A stretch of DNA of 64,000 nucleotides from an uncultured bacterium (GCA_963768305.1 CAVYHE010000004.1:69555-133554), one strand, 5' to 3'; shown: positions 42,680 through 53,059, counted from the first letter of the stretch. The notes: generated by a model from the letters alone, not told the origin. Translations and numbers: made by a program.

Positions 42680-43802
42680 TAGATTATTAACGCTTGCAAA
42701 AAAACACGGAACGCCGCTTTTGGTCGTAGATCACAAGATCATACGGGATAAATATAATTTATTCAGGAAATATCTTCCCAGGATAGGGGTCTATTACGCG
42801 ATAAAGGCGAACCCGGAGCCGAAAATAATAAAGACACTTCACGCGCTTAACAGCGGCTTTGATGTCGCCAGCCAGGAAGAATTCGACATGGTCATAAGGA
42901 ACGTCCCCAAGAGCGCGCTGAAAAAGAAGATGGATTTTGTTTATAATGACATCATCCTTGCCAATACGATAAAACCCGTTGAAACCCTGAAAAAAATGAT
43001 CCCTTACAGAACTTTGATGACATTCGATAACCGCGAAGAGCTCCTGAAGATAAAAAGATACTGTCCGAACGCAGGCTTGATAATCCGCCTCCGCGTTCCG
43101 AACATAGGTTCCATGGTGGAGCTTTCCAGCAAGTTCGGTGTGGATGCTTCGGATGCGATGCCGCTGATAGATGAAGCGATCGCGCTTGGCCTGGATGTGG
43201 AGGGGATCTCGTTCCATGTGGGGAGCCAGTGCGTGAACATAGAGAATTATCTTTCCGCTTTCAACAGCGCGTCGGACCTTCTGAGGTCCGCCAGGGCCAA
43301 AGGATATAATGTAAGGCTCGTGAACATCGGCGGAGGGTTCCCCGTGAATTATGACAGCGTGAATATTTCTTTCGCGAAATTCGGCTCTAAGCTCGCGAAA
43401 GAGATAGACAGGTGTTTCCCGCCGGATATTGAGATGGTTGCGGAGCCGGGGCGATTCCTTGTTGCCGAGTCAGCAAAGCTTGTCGTTAAGGTCGTGGGAA
43501 AGGCGAATCGCGATGGAAAGACCTTTTATTACATCAATGACGGCGTGTATAACACTCTTTCGGGCGTTATATTCGATCACTGCGTTTACCATTTCCACGC
43601 TTTTAAAAAAGGGAAAACAGCCGTCAGTTCCGTGGTCGGGCCGACCTGCGATGCGCTGGACACGATAGCTATCAGCGAGAACCTTCCCGACCTTAATATA
43701 GGGGACCTGATGTATGTGAACAACATAGGAGCGTACAGCAACGCGTCGGCGACCAATTTCAACGGATTCGCAAAAGCAAAGGTGGTGCATATCAATGAGT
43801 AA
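42672..43802 (+). CDS. Fold-type III PLP ornithine/lysine decarboxylase
   Basis: YYAIKANP, FDVAS, SFHVGSQ, EPGRF, GPTCD, GAY. Confidence 0.92.
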   Translation: MANRLLTLAKKHGTPLLVVDHKIIRDKYNLFRKYLPRIGVYYAIKANPEPKIIKTLHALNSGFDVASQEEFDMVIRNVPKSALKKKMDFVYNDIILANTIKPVETLKKMIPYRTLMTFDNREELLKIKRYCPNAGLIIRLRVPNIGSMVELSSKFGVDASDAMPLIDEAIALGLDVEGISFHVGSQCVNIENYLSAFNSASDLLRSARAKGYNVRLVNIGGGFPVNYDSVNISFAKFGSKLAKEIDRCFPPDIEMVAEPGRFLVAESAKLVVKVVGKANRDGKTFYYINDGVYNTLSGVIFDHCVYHFHAFKKGKTAVSSVVGPTCDALDTIAISENLPDLNIGDLMYVNNIGAYSNASATNFNGFAKAKVVHINE

Positions 43803-45330
43803 GCGGAAAAGAGCGAAAAGGGAGACAAGGTTCAAAGGGAATGTCCTTGTCATAGGATGCGGTTCCGTGGCGCAGTGCGCGATCCCGCTCATACCGAAAA
43901 TAATCGGCATGCCGCATAAGAACGTGAGCATCATCGATTTCGTGGATAACCGCAAGCGAGTCGCCGATTCGCTGAAAAAAGGGATGTCTTATACTATTGA
44001 ACGGATCACGCCGGAGAATTATTCCGTTGTCCTTAAAAAATATGTCGGGCCGGGAGATATCATCATGGATCTCGCCTGGAACATTGAAACAACGGTCATG
44101 CTCCAGTGGTGCAGGGATAATGATGTCCTATACATTAATACCTCCGTTGAGGAGTGGGACCCGTACAAGGATAAGGAAAGGAAAGACCCGACCAGGTATA
44201 CGCTTTATGCGCGGCAGATGGAGATAAGGGATATGATAAAGCGGTGGGGGGACAATGAAGGCCCGACCGCGATAGTGGATCACGGGGCAAATCCCGGACT
44301 TGTTTCCCATTTCACGAAATACGCGCTTCTGGACATCGCGAAGAAGATAATCAAGGAAAAACCGAAGGACGGGCGCCGCGCCCAGCTTGAAGAGGCCATC
44401 GCGAAAAAAGATTTTCCGATGCTTGCTATGCTGTCCGGCACGAAGGTCATCCATATTTCAGAGCGCGACACGCAGATAACTGACAAGCCGAAGAAGGTCA
44501 ATGAGTTCGTCAATACCTGGAGCATAGAAGGGTTTTACGAAGAGGGGATTGCCCCCGCCGAGCTGGGATGGGGGACGCATGAGAGATGGGCTCCTCAGGA
44601 CGCGCACTTCCACAAGGCCGGCCCGAAAAATCAGATATGCCTCGAGTCGATGGGAATGAAGACCTGGGTAAGGTCGTGGGTGCCTTGCGGCGAGATAACG
44701 GGAATGGTCATACGGCACGGTGAAGCGTTCGGCATCTCCGACAGGCTTACGGTCTGGAAGGACGGGAAAGCCATATACAGGCCCACGGTCCATTACGCGT
44801 ATTGCCCCACCGATGCCGCCATAAATTCTCTTCACGAGCTTGAGATGAGGAATTGCAAGATGCAGGAAAAAAGAAGGATAATGTCGGACGAGATCATTGA
44901 CGGGCGCGACGAGCTTGGTGTTCTTCTCATGGGGCATGACTTCAAGGCGTGGTGGACTGGCAGCCTTCTTGATATTCATACGGCCAGGAAGCTTGTTCCC
45001 CATCAGCAGGCGACAGTTCTTCAGGTGGCCATATCCGTTGTTGCCGCGGCCAAGTGGATGATCAAGAACCCCAGGCGTGGCTATAATCTGCCGGACAATG
45101 TTGACCATGAATTCATACTCAGCGTGAGCAAGCCGTATATAAGGCCGTTCGTGTCCCAGCCGGTGGACTGGACGCCGCTCAAGAACATCAACAAGAAATT
45201 CGTGAATTTCGATACAAGCAAATTCCAGGAACGGCGACATGTGGCAGTTCGTGACGTTCATGGTGGACAGGGAAAGAGCCGCCCTGGCGAAAAAGATATA
45301 ACTTTTTCCGCGCGAGTGTTGAATAAGTAG
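43795..45330 (+). CDS. hss: Homospermidine synthase (saccharopine dehydrogenase fold; probable frameshift near 3' end)
   Basis: IGCGSV, HGANPGLVSHF, ISERDTQ, EFVNTWS, AELGWGTHE, YRPTVHYAY. Confidence 0.93.
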   Translation: MSKRKRAKRETRFKGNVLVIGCGSVAQCAIPLIPKIIGMPHKNVSIIDFVDNRKRVADSLKKGMSYTIERITPENYSVVLKKYVGPGDIIMDLAWNIETTVMLQWCRDNDVLYINTSVEEWDPYKDKERKDPTRYTLYARQMEIRDMIKRWGDNEGPTAIVDHGANPGLVSHFTKYALLDIAKKIIKEKPKDGRRAQLEEAIAKKDFPMLAMLSGTKVIHISERDTQITDKPKKVNEFVNTWSIEGFYEEGIAPAELGWGTHERWAPQDAHFHKAGPKNQICLESMGMKTWVRSWVPCGEITGMVIRHGEAFGISDRLTVWKDGKAIYRPTVHYAYCPTDAAINSLHELEMRNCKMQEKRRIMSDEIIDGRDELGVLLMGHDFKAWWTGSLLDIHTARKLVPHQQATVLQVAISVVAAAKWMIKNPRRGYNLPDNVDHEFILSVSKPYIRPFVSQPVDWTPLKNINKKFVNFDTSKFQERRHVAVRDVHGGQGKSRPGEKDITFSARVLNK

Positions 45331-45364
45331 TTTCTTATTGATAAAATACCTTGACCGTTGTTAT

Positions 45365-45436
45365 TCCCCTGTAGCTCAATGGTAGAGCACCTGACTGTTA
45401 ATCAGGGGGTTACTGGTTCGAGTCCAGTCGGGGGAG
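45365..45436 (+). tRNA. tRNA-Asn(GTT)
   Basis: TCCCCTG/CGGGGGA acceptor stem, CCTGA-CTGTTAA-TCAGG anticodon arm, GGTTCGAG T-loop. Confidence 0.96.
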
Positions 45437-45466
45437 TTTTTCCTTTCGTATTCGGAGCTACATTAG

Positions 45467-46102
45467 ATGGCAACAAATAAATCGATAAAACTACCGGCTC
45501 CCAAAAACATCGGCAAAAAGACCGTGCTTCAGGCGCTTAAGGCAAGAAGGACCGTCCGCGAGATAAGCGGCAAAAAAATCTCCACTCAAGTTCTTTCCGA
45601 TCTTTTATGGGCGGGGTTCGGAGTCAACAGGAAAAAAGGGCCGTTCGGCATCCCGGGGCGGACCGCGGGATCGGCAAGCAACTCGCAGGAGATAGAGCTT
45701 TATGTCGCGATGGAGGACGGAGTTTATCTTTATGAAGCCGCATCTCACCGACTGATCCTTGTTCAAGAAGGCGATCTGCGTCTTCTCGCGATAAACAAGG
45801 GGCAGGAAAATTTAGGGGCTGATGCTCCCGCGCGCATCATTTATGTTGTGGACATTGATAGATTGGTCCACTCAAAGGGCTTTATGGAGCCGGGGCTGAT
45901 CGATCCCGATGTACAAAGATCCTACTACTATGTTGACTGCGGCTGGATCGCCGGCAACGTTGCGGTTTTCGCGGCTTCGATCGGACTTACGGCGTGGTTC
46001 CACAACTGCCAAAGGGACGCATTGGCAAAAAAATTGAATTTACCTTCGACCAAGCGCGTCATTTTTGCGCAAACCGTTGGATGGGTGGGAAAAAGATTCT
46101 GA
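45467..46102 (+). CDS. Nitroreductase family protein
   Basis: ALKARRTVRE, LSDLLWAG, RTAGSASNSQ, GWIAGNV. Confidence 0.85.
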   Translation: MATNKSIKLPAPKNIGKKTVLQALKARRTVREISGKKISTQVLSDLLWAGFGVNRKKGPFGIPGRTAGSASNSQEIELYVAMEDGVYLYEAASHRLILVQEGDLRLLAINKGQENLGADAPARIIYVVDIDRLVHSKGFMEPGLIDPDVQRSYYYVDCGWIAGNVAVFAASIGLTAWFHNCQRDALAKKLNLPSTKRVIFAQTVGWVGKRF

Positions 46103-46267
46103 TTTATATGCTCGATTAACCAGTCGCGAAAGTCGTCCAGTCTGGAGAGCTTTCTTTGACTTCGATCTGTATTTTTCTGCGCTCTTATTTTAAATCGCCA
46201 TTGCTATATTCTTGATCTATAATATAATTATTAGTAATGATCGATCCAATAGAAAGGCGGATGAACA

Positions 46268-46714
46268 ATGAAAATGAATAAAGGTTTTACGCTTATTGAG
46301 CTCCTGATAGTAATGGCGATAATAGCGATCCTTATATCCATATCCATACCAAGCTTTAGGGGCATGCAGGTCGAAGCAAGGAAGACAAAAGCCCAGGGAG
46401 ACCTCACGACACTTCAGATCGCGGTCGAATCTTATTACAAGGATTATAACAATCAATATCCCGCGGTAGCCAATTACCAGACGACCCTTACCGGCGCCAT
46501 GCCGCCGATACTTTCCTCGCTCACGTATGATCCTTTTGGCGCCACAAATGCCACGCAATATGTCTATGCACTCTCAACAAACGATCCCACGACAGCCACT
46601 TACTATGTTCTTTATTCCGTCGGCCCGAACGGGAATGGGACGGCTACGGTCAGCACTGCCGGAGTAGTAACAGCCACAAATGGCGCTATCTGGATCTCCA
46701 ACGGGCACCAGTGA
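46268..46714 (+). CDS. Type IV pilin/pseudopilin-like protein
   Basis: Class III signal KG/FTLIELLIVMAII; YSVGPNG motif. Confidence 0.88.
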   Translation: MKMNKGFTLIELLIVMAIIAILISISIPSFRGMQVEARKTKAQGDLTTLQIAVESYYKDYNNQYPAVANYQTTLTGAMPPILSSLTYDPFGATNATQYVYALSTNDPTTATYYVLYSVGPNGNGTATVSTAGVVTATNGAIWISNGHQ

Positions 46715-46720
46715 GTATCT

Positions 46721-47023
46721 TTATTTTCCGCGATGAGGTAGTGGACGATCCGGCCTTTTGAAAAGCCGCCGAAGTTCATCTTTTGCTTTCCCAAGGACTT
46801 TTTTTCTGCTTGCCGGAAGATTTTTTCCCGCGCGGTTAATATAAAAATTGAGCATGGACATCGCGGAGCGGAAAGGATCGGTCTTCCGCCGCATGTTTCT
46901 ATCCGCCGAACGTTTAAGCGATAAAGCTATCTTTCGCGGGCTTTTAAGCGTGAACACTCCCTTCGACAGGCTCAGGGCGTTGCTTTCCCTTGTAACACGG
47001 CCGGACCAGTATTTCTTTTTCAT
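46721..47023 (-). CDS. DUF3175-like small basic protein
   Basis: WSGRVTRESNAL, SLKRSA, PFRSAMSMLNFYINRAGKNL. Confidence 0.8.
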   Translation of the reverse strand: MKKKYWSGRVTRESNALSLSKGVFTLKSPRKIALSLKRSADRNMRRKTDPFRSAMSMLNFYINRAGKNLPASRKKVLGKAKDELRRLFKRPDRPLPHRGK

Positions 47024-47097
47024 GCGGGGGAATGATAACTCCAGTAGAGAATTAAATCAAGAGAAGGATCAAGTATCGAGATGATATTCTTGTGGAC

Positions 47098-47130
47098 AAA
47101 AGCCGAAGGACATTACGCCCTTCGGCTTTT
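47098..47130 (-). terminator. Intrinsic terminator
   Basis: AAAAGCCGAAGG...CCTTCGGCTTTT hairpin. Confidence 0.75.
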
Positions 47131-47149
47131 CAAGCATCTGATCCGGATC

Positions 47150-47445
47150 TTATTGGGCCGAGAGGGCCGGTGCTGGGGCCGGTGCGGGTGCTGCTGCAGG
47201 CGCAGCTGCTGGCTGCTGACTGCTTGCTCCCTGTTTTTCCTGCTTTCCTTGCCGCTCGTCTTTCCGTTCGTTTTGCTTTTTTGGCTTCTCTGAGGGCCTT
47301 CTTATCCTGTCTTAACTGTTTCCTGTCCTGTTTTACTTTTTGTGCTTCCTGGCTTACGGTTCATTTGATCTGCAAAAATGACCTGTGCCGAGAAACATCC
47401 GAGGATAAATAGCAACATGAATAACGCTGTAATGCTCTTTTTCAT
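47150..47445 (-). CDS. Small exported basic coiled-coil protein with Pro/Ala tail (frameshifted; absent from the ORF track)
   Basis: MKKSITALFMLLFILGCFSAQVIFA signal; QKVKQDRKQLRQDKKALREAKK; PAAAPAAAPAPAPAPA; RBS GGGGTG. Confidence 0.6.
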
Positions 47446-47601
47446 TTATTTCACCCCCTTTTTTTACAATTTGATAATTTCCATTGCAGAATGGTAGCAC
47501 ACTTATGTTAAATCCCAATAAAGGAAAGTTTAGAATATGATTAGAAGGAGCAACCCTCTTCGCGGCTTCATTTTCATCAAAATCAGAGTAGAATCATATT
47601 T

Positions 47602-48318
47602 ATGACGGATATCTGGGATAAACTGCTGGATATTGATAGCGCGAAAAAAGACAAAGGATTTCTTAAAACATTCAAGAGGCCTCCCGTCATGGTTCGCGAT
47701 ATCTTCTATTGCCTTGTTACGCTTATTTTCAAAGCCCTGTTCAGTTCCGATATCCGCGGGCTTAAGAACCTGCCTGAAAAGGGGCCGTATATTGTCGCGG
47801 CCAACCACTCAAGCGCGCTTGATTATCCCGTTGTCGCATGGTCGATGCCGAAAAATGCGAGAGACGAACTGTACGCGATCACAACATCATATTTTTATGA
47901 CAATCCTTTCACGCGTTTCTTCATCATGATAGCAACTAACTCGATAAGGATAGATACCATGGATGATTACGGGCCGGCGCTTCAGGCGGCCGCAAAAGTG
48001 CTGGCGCAGGGAGGCTCTGTTTACATAAATCCCGAGGGAACATGGTCGGAAAACGGAAAGCTGATGGAATTCAAGCCCGGGGTAGGCCTGCTTTCGATCA
48101 AACTCAATGTCCCGATAGTTCCGGTATATATAGGCGGAACGTTCGACATTCTGCCTCCACATGCCTTATTCCCCAGAAAGAGAGGCAGTGTTAAAGTGTA
48201 TTTCGGCAAGCCAATATATCCGGACCTTTCCGAAGGCGGCTATGATGCGTACAAAAAGATCGCGGACGGCGTGAGAGGGGAGATAATGAAGCTGCGTGAT
48301 AAAAAAGATAGCGTATAG
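47602..48318 (+). CDS. Lysophospholipid acyltransferase (PlsC family)
   Basis: NHSSALD (HX4D) and PEGT motifs. Confidence 0.9.
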   Translation: MTDIWDKLLDIDSAKKDKGFLKTFKRPPVMVRDIFYCLVTLIFKALFSSDIRGLKNLPEKGPYIVAANHSSALDYPVVAWSMPKNARDELYAITTSYFYDNPFTRFFIMIATNSIRIDTMDDYGPALQAAAKVLAQGGSVYINPEGTWSENGKLMEFKPGVGLLSIKLNVPIVPVYIGGTFDILPPHALFPRKRGSVKVYFGKPIYPDLSEGGYDAYKKIADGVRGEIMKLRDKKDSV

Positions 48319-49629
48319 CATAGGCGCGGTCGCGACTGCGCTTTCATATCAATCGTTCTCGGCGTACATAATATTCTTTTATGTGGATGTGGTTAAGCTT
48401 AACGCGGGGCTTGCCGCGCTCGCCATGTCCGTGTTCGGCGTCTGGAACGCCTTGAACGATCCAATCGCCGGATTTATTTCGGACCGGTGGCGCACTCCAT
48501 GGGGGAGAAGGACCCTTATATCGCTCTGGGCGCCGTACCCTTCGGCCTTGTTTATTTTTTTCTTTGGACCCCGCCTTGCGACGCGTCTCACATGGGTCTT
48601 CTATTCGCCTATTTCCTGCTCTTCATATGCCTGTTCGACGGCGTCTATACGGTTGTGATACTTAATTGGGCGTCGCTTTTCCCCGAAATGTATCCGAGCC
48701 TTGACGAGAGGGCACAGGTCAATTCGCTGCGGCAAAGCTTCGGCATGCTGGGCCTTGTCCTCGGGGTGGCGCTACCGCCTTTGATCTACAGCACTTTGGG
48801 ATGGAGAGCGATGGGATCGATATTCGGAGTACTGATCACTGCCGTGGTCCTTGCAACCCTTTTCGGCAGCAGCGAGAAAAGGGAGTTCACGCTTGATGTG
48901 CCGCTCAAACTTAAGGATGCCGTGGTCAAGACGTTCTCGAGCAGGTCATTCATCATGTTCGTCTCAGCCAACCTGTTCATCCAATATGTGTTCACCATGA
49001 TCCTGGCGGTAGTTCCTTTCTATGCCAAATATGTCCTGAACATCGGTCCTTACGGGACGTCAGGTATGCTTCTTACCACATTTATAACGGCTATTGTAAT
49101 GATGTTCGCATGGAGGCATTTAGCCGTGTCGCTGGGGGCCAAGACCGGCTACATGTTGTCCATTGCGGTGCTGGCCTTATCTCTTATTCCTTTTCTTTCG
49201 GTCACCGGCTACTGGTCGGCGCTCCTTTCAACTTCTCTGGTGGGAGTGGGGCTTGCAGGCGTGATACTCATCTCTGATATCCTTATCTCAGATGTTATAG
49301 ATGAGGACGAGCTGCGCAGCGGCTCGCGCCGTGAAGGGATGTTCTTCGGTTTTAACGCGTTCATCACCAGGTTCGCCATCGCTCTTGAGGCCGCGAGCCT
49401 TGGCATTGTGTTCACGGCCGCAAGGTACAACCCGTATGTTTTCCATCAAACGGCCTCTTTCCTCTACGGTTTGCGAATGCTGTTATCAGGGCTTCCCATT
49501 CTTGCGCTTATTATCGCGTTCGTGATCGTGCATTATTATCCTCTTTCAGGCGACAGGCTGGAAGAGATGAGAAGGGAGCTGGCCGATCTTCACAGGATGA
49601 AGGGAGAAAAAAGGAGACTCGTTACTTGA
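48296..49629 (+). CDS. MFS glycoside-pentoside-hexuronide (MelB-like) transporter (frameshift ~48510)
   Basis: WNALNDPIAG..SDR..TPWGRR, DVIDEDE..GSRREG. Confidence 0.9.
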
Positions 49630-49963
49630 TATCCCGCATCATTGTTGCCGCGTTGAGGCCGTCGTCCGTTACAAAATATTTTACTTCAACCCGATGGTTT
49701 TTTATGACGCTGCCCATGCTCATAAGACGGGATAAATTGCTGGCATCGGTATTCGAAAATATATAAACAGTAGTAATGTCGCCATTATCGTCGGTGATCC
49801 CTACCTTTTGGGCGCCCATTTGCATTTTGAGCTCATCAGATGTGATCACGCCTGCAAGGGTCTTGGTCTCACCGCCGGACGGCATTGACGGCGGCTGGGA
49901 CATGCAAAAACAGAAAGCACCGATGAATCCAATGGCAAGCAATGCAAACAGTACTTTTTTCAT
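49622..49963 (-). CDS. Hypothetical exported protein
   Basis: MKK signal-like N-terminus; small beta domain. Confidence 0.6.
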   Translation of the reverse strand: MKKVLFALLAIGFIGAFCFCMSQPPSMPSGGETKTLAGVITSDELKMQMGAQKVGITDDNGDITTVYIFSNTDASNLSRLMSMGSVIKNHRVEVKYFVTDDGLNAATMMRDIK

Positions 49964-49999
49964 TTGATATCACCCCGCGAGGAATGATATCATAGAAAC

Positions 50000-50587
50000 A
50001 TGCAAACGCAATTGAAAGTAGTGGCTTTTAACGGGAGCGCCCGGAAAGACGGCAATACAGCCTTGCTTATAAGGCATGTGTTCGTTGAACTTGAAAAAGA
50101 AGGGATAGGGACGGAACTTGTCCAGCTTGCAGGACAAAATATCACGGGTTGCGATGCCTGCCGAAAATGCTTTACCGCAAAAGATCAACGATGTTCGGTT
50201 ACCGATGATATTGTGAATAACTGTATAAAAAAGATGATCGAAGCGGACGGGATCATCCTTGGTTCGCCGACATATTTCGCGGATTGTACCGCGGCAATGA
50301 AGGCCTTGATAGAGCGCGCCGGATATGTTTCTATGGCGAATGACGGAATGTTCAAGCGAAAGATAGGGGCCGCGGTCGTCGCTGTCCGCAGAGGCGGAGC
50401 TATCCATACTTTTGATTCGATCAATCATTTCTTCACCATCGGCCAGATGATCGTCGTGGGTTCTTCATACTGGAATGTCGGCATCGGACGGAATGCCGGT
50501 GATGTGGAAAGCGACGAAGAAGGGCTGAAAACAATGAGCAACTTGGGGAAAAATATGGCCTGGCTTCTGAAAAAGGTGGCTAAATAA
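50000..50587 (+). CDS. Iron-sulfur flavoprotein (flavodoxin-like)
   Basis: NGSARKDGNT, CxxCxxC-x6-C, GSPTYF. Confidence 0.9.
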   Translation: MQTQLKVVAFNGSARKDGNTALLIRHVFVELEKEGIGTELVQLAGQNITGCDACRKCFTAKDQRCSVTDDIVNNCIKKMIEADGIILGSPTYFADCTAAMKALIERAGYVSMANDGMFKRKIGAAVVAVRRGGAIHTFDSINHFFTIGQMIVVGSSYWNVGIGRNAGDVESDEEGLKTMSNLGKNMAWLLKKVAK

Positions 50588-51366
50588 TGAACTTAATCCA
50601 TAGCCTTATTTTTGGCGTTGTCGAAGGCATCACAGAATTCCTCCCCATATCATCGACAGCTCATCTTGTTCTGGCGGCGAAAGTGATGAACATCGCCCAG
50701 TCCGATTTTGTTAAAAGTTTTGAGATAATCATACAATTCGGCGCGATACTTTCTGTCGTCGTGCTTTATTGGCGCAGGTTCCTTTTGGACATCGAAACCT
50801 TGAAGCGGGTCTTGGCCGCTTTCGTTCCCACGGCGATCCTCGGCTTTATTTTATATAAGCTGATAAAAAATTATCTGTTATCGAATGATCGTATTATCCT
50901 TTGGTCGCTTCTCATCGGTGGCTTGTTCATTATTATTTTTGAGATGGTCCACAAGGAAAAAGATGCCGCTATCGATGATATAAGCAGGATACCTTACTCA
51001 AAATGCGTTGCTGTCGGACTTTGCCAGTCGCTGGCGATGATACCGGGCGTTTCCCGCTCCGCCGCGACGATAATCGGCGGCCTGGCGTTCGGCCTTAAAA
51101 GAACAACTATCGTTGAATTCTCTTTTCTGCTTGCGGTCCCGACGATGCTTGCTGCTTCGGCATATGACCTTTTAAAGAGCGGCGGCGCTTTCTCTTCTTC
51201 GCAGTTCGGGGCATTGGCTGTCGGATTCATTGTTTCATTCGTTGTCGCTATATTGAGCATCGAATTCCTGGTCAATTATATTAAGAAGCATACTTTTATC
51301 CCGTTCGGCATTTACAGGATAGTGATCGCTCTGATCTTTATGGGTTTGTTCTCTGTTTTTAAATAG
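50587..51366 (+). CDS. uppP: Undecaprenyl-diphosphatase
   Basis: VEGITEFLPISSTAH, PGVSRS. Confidence 0.95.
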   Translation: MNLIHSLIFGVVEGITEFLPISSTAHLVLAAKVMNIAQSDFVKSFEIIIQFGAILSVVVLYWRRFLLDIETLKRVLAAFVPTAILGFILYKLIKNYLLSNDRIILWSLLIGGLFIIIFEMVHKEKDAAIDDISRIPYSKCVAVGLCQSLAMIPGVSRSAATIIGGLAFGLKRTTIVEFSFLLAVPTMLAASAYDLLKSGGAFSSSQFGALAVGFIVSFVVAILSIEFLVNYIKKHTFIPFGIYRIVIALIFMGLFSVFK

Positions 51367-51376
51367 GGGGTGATCT

Positions 51377-51571
51377 ATGTTCGATGAGCTTAATAAAAGG
51401 GTGAAGAGACTGGATGCGCTTGATATTATATTGATAAAATGGTCAGTGCTGGTATTCGCTTTAATTGTTATCAAAATGTTCCCTCAACTACTGCATATCG
51501 GATATCTTCTGCTAATAGTTATTGTGATAGCGTTGGCGGCTAGGCCCGCTTACAGGTTCTGGAAACAGTAA
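51377..51571 (+). CDS. Small 2-TM membrane protein
   Basis: RBS GGGGTG; two hydrophobic segments. Confidence 0.65.
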   Translation: MFDELNKRVKRLDALDIILIKWSVLVFALIVIKMFPQLLHIGYLLLIVIVIALAARPAYRFWKQ

Positions 51572-51682
51572 TTTTACGAAAAGACTTGTGGGAAAGGCAT
51601 TTCAGCTGATGTGTCTGTGACAATGGGCTTCGCCCACCTGTGGGGAATTAAGTTTTTTGCTTGTTTTCATTCTTCCTACCCA

Positions 51683-52034
51683 CTTACTTTCTTTTATTTA
51701 AATAGAAAGTAAGCAAAGAAATCAAAAATAGGGGCTTTGCCCCTATTGACCCCAGCTCGCAAAACTCGGCCCCTCACCGCTGCGCGCTTCAGGGCCTCTG
51801 ACAGTTGCTCGCTAGGTAAGGACACAGAACATCCGAAATTATATAAAGACATCGATAATTGAAGCGAAAAAAGATGATCTAGTACTTAATACTCTCAATT
51901 AAAGTTTGCAAAGCCGATCGACAAGACCAAAATGCGTTTCAAGGGCTAAGACAAAACTCAGGCAGACCACAAGGCTCGTTTGAAACGCTTGACTTTTTTT
52001 TGTCACTTTCTTTGTGTCAAGACAAAGAAAGTGA
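51683..52034. repeat. ~350-bp non-coding element bounded by inverted, self-palindromic ends
   Basis: CTTACTTTC-N13-GAAAGTAAGCAAAGAAA and TTTTTTTGTCACTTTCTTTGT-N6-ACAAAGAAAGTGA. Confidence 0.55.
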
Positions 52035-52050
52035 GAAGAAAAAATGCCTT

Positions 52051-52209
52051 TTATTTAAGGATCAGTTTAACTGTTAAATAGCCCAGGAATATCCCGAGTA
52101 TCCCCATGATACCCGCGATATTCTGCGGAGCGGGGATGGGGAGCCGGAGGATTGAAAAGAAACCTCCGACTACCAATCCTGAAAATAATGCGAGCAAAAC
52201 TTCTTTCAT
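52051..52209 (-). CDS. XapX-domain (DUF1427) small membrane protein, absent from the ORF track
   Basis: MKEVLLALFSGLVVGGFFSILRLPIPAPQNIAGIMGILGIFLGY...; 52 aa; ATG overlaps the upstream stop. Confidence 0.85.
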   Translation of the reverse strand: MKEVLLALFSGLVVGGFFSILRLPIPAPQNIAGIMGILGIFLGYLTVKLILK

Positions 52210-52643
52210 TTCTCGTTCTTTATCGCGGAAATTTCTGCAGTTGCTGTTGCAGGCTTATTCCAGAACATTAATTTTCCTTTAAGGGTCTGCCAGAATCCAT
52301 ATGTTTGGTTCCCTGTCGTGGCCGCGGCATCCGATATTTTATATCCGACATTTGCCACCGCGCTGACAGGAACATCAACTATCCCCGCGGATATGCCTTT
52401 GTTCATCCCTTTTTGAAAATTAGTGCCCGATGCTTCAATGCCGTTCAGTATTCGCTGGACGTCGGCTATCTGCCGGTCTATCCTGTCCAGCTGCTTCGGC
52501 AGATCATGCCGGGCCAGCGATACCTGCAGCGTGAAACTGGAAAGAACAAGAGAAAATATCAAAATGCTTCCGGCCAGGATTATCAAGCTCAATGCCAGGA
52601 TATTCTCAACTATCTTTCTTAACAATTTCTTTATGAAATGCAT
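52206..52643 (-). CDS. Hypothetical membrane-anchored protein
   Basis: One TM helix followed by a coiled-coil segment. Confidence 0.6.
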   Translation of the reverse strand: MHFIKKLLRKIVENILALSLIILAGSILIFSLVLSSFTLQVSLARHDLPKQLDRIDRQIADVQRILNGIEASGTNFQKGMNKGISAGIVDVPVSAVANVGYKISDAAATTGNQTYGFWQTLKGKLMFWNKPATATAEISAIKNEK

Positions 52644-52739
52644 TTAGGATATTTAACATGTTCTCTTGACGAAAGTCAATTGTAATTGCGAATATTTGTT
52701 GTACAATTCTTTTGGGACGATAAAAAACAGGAGGTGGAT

Positions 52740-53015
52740 ATGTCGATATATTTGCTTGTGCCTCAGGCGTTACTTGTCATTCTCTGGATATATTGCTTAT
52801 ATGCTGTTCTGAACCCGAAGAAAGTTGTCGCGTTCACTGTTGACAGGTACCTTAAATCCATGGGATTTTATTCTTTTAAGGCGTCCATAAAGCCGACGAA
52901 AAAATCCGTCAATAGAATACGGAACGGATACCTGGCGGTTTTGATCATTATTACGATATATATTCTGTTAATATTCTTTTTTGGCAGGGAATTCTTAAGC
53001 CGGCTTTTTTATTGA
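52740..53015 (+). CDS. Small 2-TM membrane protein
   Basis: RBS AGGAGGTG; two TM segments. Confidence 0.65.
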   Translation: MSIYLLVPQALLVILWIYCLYAVLNPKKVVAFTVDRYLKSMGFYSFKASIKPTKKSVNRIRNGYLAVLIIITIYILLIFFFGREFLSRLFY

Positions 53016-53059
53016 TCCGAAAATAAGCTTCTGAAGGGCTTCATGTGGAGGTGCAGATG

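Noticed and set aside
46268..46714. Pilin as part of the sigma28-like regulon
   Set aside because: No promoter motif upstream; it has a normal class III signal and is probably an orphan pilin for a system encoded elsewhere.
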